A DNA stretch of 64,000 bases from Balanoglossus misakiensis. Lineage: Eukaryota; Animalia; Hemichordata. The notes under the pieces are model-generated. The model did no database searches. It was not told where the DNA came from and saw only the letters and a list, made by a program, of their open reading frames with translations. Below are positions 53,901 through 64,000 of this stretch, piece by piece. Where the stretch lies: positions 4,635,319 to 4,699,318 of the forward strand of contig CM082594.2 of the NCBI GenBank assembly GCA_040954595.2. Reading direction: 5' to 3'. A program made the position numbers and the translations under genes. Within the stretch, counting starts at the first letter, position 1. The number at the start of each line of letters is the position of its first letter.

Positions 53901-56900
53901 GACATTGCCTCTTGAACTGGCCTATCCCTCAGACAGTACTGAAATAATTTAGCCTTTCTAACAGGTTGCGGTCCTCCGCAAACAATGTGCAAGGCGAACG
54001 TGGCCACTAAATCTTAAACTAAACAGTAAATTTAGATTTTCACGTGAGATAACTGTATATCAAGTTTATGCAGGTCTTTACTGCACTCCTGGGAGAGACA
54101 CTGGTCTGACGCACATCAAGGAGAAATCCCATGGTAATCATCAAAGGATGGGTCGTAAAATAAAATCATTATAAGACTGATTTGGGGGCATGCTTCCTTT
54201 ATTTTTAGATACTCGTAATTTTTGACTGGCAAAGTTTCGTGCCATTGCCTTACATGAAAGAGCTGTTCAGGTTGAGTCAGATTTGCGATGGCGGATCCTT
54301 CATATATAGTCTAGCTGAAATGCATTCTTCCGGTCAAGGCAATTTTAACTTTAAGATACTGGGTGTGTCTGTCGCCATCATTAAAAGGCCTTTTGTCTTT
54401 TCCTGTAAGGTGTGACAGTGTCCTCTGGGTCCTGCTGATTGTAAATAAATACAAGTTTGAAAATGTATAGAGCTACATGTCTTAGTGATATGCATGTTAA
54501 TAAACCCTGTAACTTGATTGGCTAGTACAGTGCATGTTAAGGAACTCTCTAATTTAATTGCCCAGTATGTGATGTAACATCAGCAGTGTTTTATACCATT
54601 GTCTTGTATAGACAGATCAATACAATCAAATGGCAAGCTAACATGTATTTGTAACTTTGACAAGGACCAATTCAACTCAAGTGAGCTTAAAGCGGGCGAC
54701 ACGTACCTGCATTGAAAAGGCAATTAAATTGAGTCAGCCAGCTAACAAGATAACTCACCTATGATTAATATTGTCAAGTACATTATGAAAGTAAAGAAAC
54801 CACAGATACCGCCCAGATATACACAAAGTTGGCTGTTTCCAAGTGCTTTGACGAAATTACTACTTTGAGAAATTTAATCGAGTTCACCATAAAAAGGAAT
54901 TTCTTGGTAAAAGCTCATCATGATTTGCAGCCTTCTCTTGTATGTGCAGTACTCTTAATGTGCAGTCAGGTGAGACCATTTATAAAATTGAGTTTCTGAA
55001 AGCGTTATTGTGAATACCAGAGATGTATGAGTAATAACCAAATAATCCCAGCAGAATTAGTATACAGGTAATTATTAATTGGAACCTGATGAGGCATCAT
55101 TTCTTATAATGGGATCATCTGCAGGATTACATAAATGTATAATGTTAAATGGAATATAGATTGTTAATTAGATAAGCTCTTAACTTCTGCATTACTATTA
55201 TGATAGTATGATTACAGATAGAATATATTTATTGCCCTATGCTGTGGGTAGGGTACCAGATTAAAATGTTGATGAGGTTGATAAAAAGGAATCATAAATT
55301 ATATTTTAAGTGTCTCATTTGCATCTGTATGATTGTAATAGTTTTGCAAGAAGATGGTGAAACATTTCTATGTTAATAAAAAACGTGAAACTAGTTTACA
55401 TGTACAAAAATATCAGACTTTGGCATAGCTCAATTATCGCTGAAATACTGCAGGCATGTCCTGGTTCACTGTAATCATTACCATTGTGAAAACACCTCAT
55501 AATTTATGAGACTTCAACTCTACCCCATATCATGTTGTAGTCAGCATGTTACATTATAAAAGAAGTTAAATTTGATGAGTATGAAAGTTTGTGTGTATAC
55601 CAAGGGATCAAACTGTGTGTAAAATTTCAATGGGAAAGTATGGCTTTAATAATGTATTTGATGGCCTGGATGAGTCAGTGACTACATGCATATTGCCTGG
55701 AGGAAATTTCTTCTATTTAAATTGGTGTTATTAGCGACTTCCCTGGTGACTACCAATTGTTTTCAATATCAAGCCTATGACCTATGGCAGTCTACATCGT
55801 TTGTACGTGTTAAGGTCATTTCTCAGACTGTAGCTGATGACGCAGTTTGGGAAGCGTTATTTAGCTTTATTATAAAACACTTGAATTAAGTGTATTTCTA
55901 TTCTAATTAAACGGTGACCATTTGCATCATGGACTGGCAGTTACAGTAAGGTCTCTGAAACATGTGACAAAAACCTGTGAATATCCCGCGGTGTCTTTTG
56001 ATGAGAAATTACCTGTTACTCATCTTCAAAATTAAAATCCCCTTGGCAAAATTTTAATTATTATGTTATTTAATGAAGGTACATGTATTAATACATTCAC
56101 TGTGGGGTAAAATTTTCTCTTGAAATCAATATTAATTACTTTATCAAACAGCTAACAGAAAGTTTATTTGGTGCTGTACATTGGCGTGATCTGAGCGAAT
56201 GAGTTCAGTAGCAAAACATGGGTTATAGTTAATGGTTCAGATGAGAATGTTACTTTTTAGCCTGGTGTAAAAGTACTGTATGATAATTAGCTTGTGACAG
56301 TTGTTGTGCACAATATCAAACCTAGGCTTCTTATGCAGAAAAGTATCAAACTGCCCTACTCATGTTCTACATTGTTCTTGTATCCTTGGACATTGAATAG
56401 TATTTGTAGGCTGAGCAGTTGTGCATTTGATTGGCGCAGAGAGCAGCTTATGAGAGAAAACTAACAGGCAGCTATCCAAGTGATGTAGCTATAGAGTGCT
56501 GGCTGTACATTCCGCTGAAAGATGTTGACTAAATGCAAATATACATACATACTCTTAAGTCGTGCCATTGAAAGAAATAGGACTCAGAAGTAGCAACAGT
56601 GGGAATTTCCTCCATTAAGGACAAGAACCGCGTTCAAATCACACTTCTAAATCCATTCTGAACAATAGCATTAAATTCGATGAGTAGCTATTAGTAGTTT
56701 TCAGTTTGTTGCAAGACGAACTGAAATGCAATTGCGTGTTTCCCTCGACGTGTATACATGCACCGTTCATTGTACAAGCATATGTTTGAGCTCGATTTGA
56801 TGGTAATAGATGTCTCGGCCCAAATGAAAAGGAAGTGTTTAACAGCTGTGGAAAAACATCGCGTTCGTCACTCGCCTTTGTGGTTGCCCCCGGAAATTAA

Positions 56901-58048
56901 GGTGATCGACAGAAATGGAAAGTGACACAGTCTGTGAACAGGTACATAAAAAATGGATTATTTGGGGTTGTTGTATTCATGCCACAATCCGTTGCTTTTG
57001 ATTAACATCACACGCACACAAATACACATGAAATGGGAATTACACTAAATGTTTAGCCGAAAGACCTAATGTTCACTCCGGTGGCTGATTGACGTAACCT
57101 AATACCGATAATCGTTTTCTGCTGCAACAGGACTCTTTTCAAATGTAAATTTGCTGATACATGTGATGTTATTTTACTGTATGTCAGTTTTTAGATATTT
57201 TGGTATTTTCTGTTTCCTGATCTTGGTATCAAATGTGGCTATAAGCAGTACATACAATCCACATAGCTTTTTCATGTCATCCATAATCACACCTCACCCC
57301 ATCCCACCCCAGTTCATCATACGGCAAATGCATCTTCATTATCTTTTTGTGTGTGTGTGATTATATTAGATAAACTGTATACTGTACACCAGGGAGGGAC
57401 TCTATCACATGACATTCCCATAGTCATACATCATTTACGCCATATGCTGTCCATGATTAGAAAATTACAACGATTAAAACCATTGTAACTACTCAGATCT
57501 CTGCAAAACTACATTTCACCATTATTTTCTACAGCTAGATTAACAGAAAACTGTGGTAAGGGTGAAAATGCACTCTCATGTACAGCTGGATACAACTATT
57601 AAAATTGTTTATTTCAGCTCTAGAAAGAACTAATGGTCCTCACACAATATGTTATGTGTACATGTTTGCAAACAATCTTTCTTTTGGGATTTTTAAAACC
57701 CTTTTTGTTGTTCACTAGTGCATGCACCCCATTTACCTTGATTCACAACGGTTATAATTGGGCAAAAGACTGGTCTCAAAAAAAATCGAAAATTGGTTTC
57801 AGTTTTGTTTGAGTGATGTTCATCCGTAATTAATCCTATTCCTTTCTGTGGCATTGAGATTGATTGAACTGTCGAAAACTGCCAGATGACTGGCCCATGT
57901 GACAGCTATGATTGCACCCATTGATTGCACTGTTACCCTGTAAATGTTTTCAACAAATAACGACCAGGGAGAGTGTGAGCGCGGGCGGGGGCTTATACTG
58001 GACAGCGGGTTTGAATGCCATCAATCAATTCATAATTCTGAGCAGAGG

Positions 58049-58140
58049 TGACCTGCTGACCCGCCATTTCCAGGTCAAGTATATACTCATCAAAACCGTC
58101 GATGAGGTCACAGCCATTTCTTTCATCAGATTCGAGGTCA
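58049..58140. promoter_or_regulatory. Nuclear-receptor half-site cluster including a perfect DR2
   Basis: TGACCT-GC-TGACCC (58049-58062; DR2 on the minus strand) plus AGGTCA at 58072, 58105 and 58135. Confidence 0.4.
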
Positions 58141-59072
58141 GGAAAAACGGGCAGCAGGAAAAACTGGGGCATCCATACAGCCCCCGTGACTCAGAAATTT
58201 CAATTTTTCGTCTAATTGACAGATCAACAAAAGCTGACAGAACTTAATGTGATGTACGAGTGTTTGATTTGGAGCCACATTTTTGTGTGGGAAGGGAATT
58301 TGAACAGCAGCAGTGACGATTCTATAATTACAGTACTGCACCGTCTGTGAATATTCAGCACGGGATAAATCTGCATGGTTCCCCATTCTTACATGCAGAA
58401 CACGTGGACGCGCAAAGGCAGAGAGGAAGACAGCGGTTACGGCCCCCGGAGTAACGATGATTTACGTCTCGTAAAAAAAGCAGGCAAAAAACCTCTGAAT
58501 GGGCAATGGCCAATAAAAGAACCCTACCTACAGAATTCCAGAGTAATTTTACGTCAACTTTCATAGTATGTACACCATCAACGGAAGTGTGTATTAAGCA
58601 GTGAATTTATTTTTAGAATTTAGCATCCATGCTGTTTGACGGCGTAAACTAAGGTGTCCGTAATTTGTCTACGATTGATGGGATGTTTGCTCTGTTCTAC
58701 AGTATTCACAATCAGTGTAATAAAATATTGATGGTCTCCCGTAATCCCATATAGGAATATATTGCATGTGACGCTTATTTATATGAAACAAATATGCTTG
58801 CGTCAGGCAGGATTTATTTCATGATTTCTTATTTCATCTGTGTTAAGGTCGGTTTATTAAAGGTAGAATTGTAATAAAATGGGTCACTTCACAATTTGTG
58901 AGGTTTGATTTGGGGGACTTATTCAAGGTTGATGTGTATTTTATTTAATTATTTGTAGAAAGGTAATGTATTTGTGTAGAGTTGCTTCAAATTGAAAACA
59001 AAGTTCCAAAGTTACAGTAGATTTTAATGAAGAAGAGATCCAATGCTCAACTCTGTTTTGTTTGCAGAGAAA

Positions 59073-59092
59073 AAACAAACAAACAAACAAAC
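59073..59092. repeat. (AAAC)5 microsatellite
   Basis: Read directly. Confidence 0.9.
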
Positions 59093-60818
59093 TGCAATTC
59101 AAACTGAGAACTCACTAGGTTTGATGGTGTTTGGGGGAAAGATGTAAGGCAGTTTGAGCTGTTGTAAAATACAGCATATAGTATGCCTTGCATTTGGGAG
59201 GGTCCTATAGAAATAATTCCATTATCCCTATAGATGAGCTACAAGCTTGACATGAATTCAAATTGATTAGGCAGTCCTAAAGAACTAATTAATCAACTCA
59301 CACACAATGGAATGAAAGCCACAGGTTGGCTTCAATTATTTAGAACTGGAATAAACCAATATTGGGAGGGGGAATGGAATTATGGGGAGCTATTATTGCA
59401 CCTGGATCTTCAAAATGTATTTAAAACTTTGAAGTGTAGAAAAAATAACAATATTACATTTAAAAGTAATTTAATGAAAAACAGACATGATGAGATGCTG
59501 TGAATTGCCTGTGATTTACCGAAGGGAGGTCTTTGCGCAGATTACTGCTAGGGGCATAGATGCAGATTTGAGATCTGAGATGTTTTGAGAATCAGAATGC
59601 GGGTTTCTGTTTGGCCTCTCCAGGGTAATGACCCTGTGATTGTTGCAGAAGTTCCCATTAGGTTGTCAAATAACTGTTGTGTGATGAGGGTAGATATGTC
59701 CTCAATTTGAATGAGAGTGTGTTGATACTCTGTCTTCGAGATTGATCATCTAGGGTATAATTTCACATTCTAATATTCAGCGTGACATCACAACCATATA
59801 CCCCCTCCCCCCGGTACATATAAACAATATTGATATTTGAATTTAAGTTCTGTTAATGTCTGTCAGTGGGTGTTTGCAGTATATATTGCCTTTTTGTTCT
59901 ATTGTCAGGGTCAGAACTGTGTACAGGTCTTTTTTGTAACAAGTGGGAAAAAACATATATGCTGTGAAACCCAAAAATACTTGCCTCGATAACAAAAAAG
60001 TGTGTCACTACCCCCTTTTGGGCAACGACAAGGTATTTTGTTAATAAAAATTAATTATGTTCAACTATAATAGAATTCAGGAGTTTGCAATACAAAGGAC
60101 ATGTTTGACGGTTTCCCGTTTGTGTTTAATATGAGGAACTGGGCAGCCATGCCTGTTTAGCAGTCGGATACATCAAGACACCCTCAACTGAATTAATACA
60201 GCTAATAGTGCACTTTGTTGTGTCTCCCCAAAGAATTCAGATAAGGTTGTAACTATTTGTGCGTTTTATTCCTGAGGATAAAATGATGGGCCCCTAGGGC
60301 ACCCTGCATGTCTGCAATACCGGGGATGCAGGTTCCATCTCTGGCAATAATGAGGCGGGCCTGGGCTTCATTTCATCAGAGCCGTCAACTTGTAAATGCC
60401 TGCAGGAATTTGAGCATTGTGGTCTTTAGCCGGAAGGCCGCCGACAGTCATCTGCTGTAATGTTTACGAAATCTGCGGATATCTCGTGGAAAGATCTTTG
60501 CGTTGATTAGACAGGACTTTGTGACTAACCTACAATAGTTGATCCTGCCTGGCAAAGTCTTTTCAGAAAATCATGAATGCCCCCGAAACATGCTACCTTC
60601 TTTTTTTCTCTCCCGTGCATGCAGACAATTATTTGAATATGTTCTCAGATTCATGCTGTGTGATACTGCACAGAATAGTATCCCTACAATACGCGAAACT
60701 CCAAACACGGCCGCGTATTTGTGACGCGTCGGCTGTCGAAGTGAAAAAAAAGCGAACACCATGCAGGCAGCACTTGCTTCCTAAAAATAGATTATCTGCA
60801 GAGTAGTCGAGCTTCGAT

Positions 60819-60837
60819 TGACCAACAGAGGGCAGTC
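60819..60837 (+). promoter_or_regulatory. CTCF-like motif
   Basis: TGACCAACAGAGGGCAGTC vs core consensus CCASYAGRKGGCRS, one mismatch. Confidence 0.4.
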
Positions 60838-63797
60838 TTTCTTTCTTGCTGCCTCACCTGGAAGTCCGCAGAGCAGGATCACGCTCGACTATAAAGCAAT
60901 TGCAAGAGCAGGTTTCAATAATGCATGAAGGCAATAAAGTTTTACTTCTGCAAACACGCAACAGTGACAAAAATCACAGCACATGTGTTTATAATATTCA
61001 TTATGAACGAGATTATAGTGGTGGCCTTATAACTCATAAAGCAGTACAGAGTTGAACTTTATTTAGTGCAAGACTGCTACATTGCAAAAAAAACTATACA
61101 TTTTCAGTGCAATATGCTAAATTTCTTCAGATGGATGAGAAAATTAAAATGGAGTTTTCATGTACTACATGTATGTATGCTATTGTTGATCTTTCAGAAG
61201 TTGTAGGACTTCAATTAAATTTCCAGATTGTATAGGTTCATACATTTGGCTTCAAAGAAGCAAAATAATCGGTATACATTAAACACACGAGTAACCAATA
61301 TGACTTACGTTCAGACTTAATAATCACTTTTATTTTGTTGTGAAAATTGTATTGACAGATGCTGAAAAATTGCAAGTGTTCAGTAACCTGTACACCAACT
61401 GCAATATCTGTAACGCGCAGCAGTAAAATTCTGTAGGTACATTGAAGCCATAGATCAACCAATATCCATCTGTGACTTGTAACGAACCCCTGCAGGCATA
61501 TTGTGAAACACTGGGATCTCACTGAGAAACATACGTTTGTGCAATTCTGTTCTAGCTGTCAAAGTCGACTGTACCGATACGTGCAGGCCAGTTATAATGC
61601 ACAAGTCATTGGTTTATAATTTGCGTGTGTCTGGGAACTGTAATCGGAAAGTCAGAACGGACCTGATTAATCCTGTTTCATTTCTTGCCATTTCTGTACT
61701 GCCATTGTGACCAGAATGAGTTCCTCTCGTTATTAAAGTAAGAATTCCCTGCTGAATCGTGACACTTTTTTGTAGGTTATCAGAGCAACATGTTCCATTT
61801 GCTGCTCAGATTGGTTTGAACATCATTTGTGGTCTTCCCTCGATCTTTTTTTTTTTTGTCACCGCGGTGATTGTGCCATCCATGTCTGGATATAATGACA
61901 CAGACTTACTCCGCTGCGCTTGTGTGGGAATAAAACAGCGTGTCTGTGGCAGTACGCCCACGCAGGGTTCAGCCGTCTAGCTGCGACCTCCCCCCCCCCC
62001 CCCCCTCTGCACCAGCTGCCCAAGTATGTGTGCCACAGGAGAAGTCTTAATGACTAGCAAATAGGCTGGGCTGTTTTTCCACGGATCCATGCTGGCTAAA
62101 TTATACAAATTGGATTCGATTTTTAATAAATGGGCTTTTTAAGAGCCAGGCAGTTTATACACATGCCAAGATATTAAAATAAAATTGACTACATGTACAG
62201 GTTATCCTGAGAAGGGGTATATATATATATATACAGTCATGCCAGAACAAGAGACTGATCAATTTATCAGATTTATTTTTTCATGCCGCCAGAAAAAGTT
62301 TTTATCAGATTTCATCCAGCCCACTCTGCTTGAAATCTACCAGTACCTACGGATCTGTCAACAGTTTTGATTATGCAGACCGTTAAAAAATAATTCGGCA
62401 TCATAAAAAGGTTTTATATCTCAAGTGAGTGGGCGTGCTGAATGTACTCTCGTTTCATAGGATGTCAGTCATCCATGCATGTCTGCTGTGCCTCAGCTGA
62501 GTTCAAAATGGGATTACATGTAACCACAGATTGTCTGGGGTACAAATTTCAGCCTACTTTCAGGTTACAATTACTGAAAAATGAGATGTGGAAATCTGAT
62601 GATTTCGGAAGATTAAATGTAAAGGGGCAAGTTAACCTGAATAATCAAGAACCAACATAAGTTTATAATTGTCACGCTGTGTCATGCTGCGATTAATTTG
62701 TGGAAGTTTTAATATTGTGTAAATCATCTAGATTTGGTTTATTGTCTGATATTGATAAGAAATTGCAAATCCCAGTGGCAGGTTTATGGGATTATTTGAC
62801 AATTGTGGCAACAACAAAAAAGACAGACCATGTGTTTTTTAATTTGTTTCGTCTCATCACCAGTTCCTGTCGCGGTATTTATCCTGTCTGTTTTCATCCA
62901 TTAGTCAGTAAAGCCTCATTGTCCCAATCAGAATGACCAGAAAATTGCAAAGTAATGAGAAAGTACACCATCTCATACATTGCTTTTGAGGATATTCGCA
63001 ACCATGGGGAGAAGTGCTCTCACTGAAACACACACAATGTTTTTTAAAACAACATCAGAAATTACCGTAATGTCCCTTTAATGCTAATGTTTTAATGTCA
63101 CGTGGTGGTGCGAATGCCCTTGGGTTTGAACTTCAAAACTCAGAGGTGGCCTGTCTGTGGTTGCCATAGCGTCAACTGCGACACATCATACGTGTACGTG
63201 CACTAGTGGCGACATACGAACAAAAACAAATGAATATAGAGAAACTTGGAAAAAGAGATTAGCTAGATTGTAGTTATCCACCAAGGGTTTTTCCGCCTAC
63301 GTGGTTTTATTAAATCGGTTTTAAGAAGTAGGTCGGGGTGAGAATTTAATGGGTGCTCATGAGTACAAGCTGAGACGCGATCGTGGTTTCCAAGGGTTGT
63401 AACCTGCTGTAAACTCCGGTGTGACTCAAATCGATAAAAAAAACATTGGCCACGTCAGAGCCCCAGCGTACTTTAAGCTCATCATCTCCGTAGTGTCCAT
63501 GAAATGTGTTGTAAAAACTACCCTGGTTTACATTAAAAAGTTATTTTATACGACAGGGAAATCTATTCTTGGTCGGTCATTGGCTGGAAAGATAATTCAT
63601 TTTATATATAGCTCGGGAATGTAATTGAGAGGAGGCTGAATAACGAGGGACGTGGATCTTTCCTGGAAAAACGTGTTTCTTTTATGTCTGTTTTATTTCC
63701 ACTGTTAATTCAATTACTCCATCTCAACTAATAAAATGTTTTTCCATGAATTTTTTTGTGATGAGTTACAGCGAGTTAGCTACTAGTATATTTTAGT

Positions 63798-63816
63798 TTG
63801 TCTAGAGAGGGCGCTA
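63798..63816 (+). promoter_or_regulatory. Weaker CTCF-like motif
   Basis: TTGTCTAGAGAGGGCGCTA; the 3' half AGAGGGCGCTA fits well, the 5' half is degenerate. Confidence 0.3.
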
Positions 63817-63888
63817 TCCAATATCAAGGTTGAACCAGTTACTCATATAACACTCACGCACAAATCCCTGCATAAATTCTGTTCAAAG

Positions 63889-63907
63889 CCACCACGAGAG
63901 GGCAGTA
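63889..63907 (+). promoter_or_regulatory. CTCF-like motif
   Basis: CCACCACGAGAGGGCAGTA vs core consensus CCASYAGRKGGCRS, one mismatch. Confidence 0.45.
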
Positions 63908-64000
63908 TCATAAAATAGTCAGGATGGGCTTTGGGGAGGCAAAGAAATTATCTTTTGTTTTGTTTTCTAAAACATTATCCCTCTGTAATACTTCCTGTAA

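Noticed and set aside
60301-60334. Hairpin CCTGCAT...ATGCAGG
   Set aside because: Only about 11 bp, with a mismatch and G.U pairs; within chance expectation.
1466-62482. Frequent TGCATG (Rbfox motif)
   Set aside because: TG/CA-rich words are the expected product of CpG deamination; CATGCA is also common, so there is no clear strand bias and no exon to regulate.
935-63624. All ORFs in the supplied track (60-143 aa), e.g. 28150-28581 and 39306-39707
   Set aside because: No recognisable domain; composition typical of random AT-rich frames; many start at non-ATG codons or run through microsatellites; no consistent chain of splice-bounded open exons.
1-64000. CRISPR array, tRNA, rRNA or tRNA-derived SINE
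   Set aside because: No repeat-spacer array, no cloverleaf or properly spaced A/B boxes, and no rRNA motifs seen.

Overview
Non-coding, AT-rich eukaryotic DNA. I find no recognisable protein-coding gene, tRNA, rRNA, CRISPR array or autonomous transposon; every ORF in the track is short (at most 143 aa) and resembles no family I know. Microsatellites, poly-C/G tracts, MITE remnants, a strongly CpG-depleted background and a large excess of TACATGTA suggest a marine invertebrate with mosaic methylation, possibly a hemichordate, amphioxus or echinoderm (inference only). The main large-scale structure is roughly 35-40 CpG-retaining blocks of 0.2-1 kb, recurring about every 1-2 kb and rich in homeodomain, TALE, nuclear-receptor, GATA and POU motifs. 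This best fits a very dense cis-regulatory landscape, either a giant intron or a gene desert next to a developmental regulator. The most concrete leads are: a candidate pre-miRNA hairpin (~21980-22067); a symmetric double-octamer element (39768-39844); perfect DR5/DR2/DR4/IR1/ER8 nuclear-receptor elements; tandem RFX X-box doublets; three co-oriented CTCF-like motifs at the right end; a MITE with a 9-bp TSD; and a TA-(CATG/CCGG/CTAG)-TA octamer family that looks like accumulated Tc1/mariner excision footprints. I cannot establish a new biological system from sequence alone. All counts are by eye.
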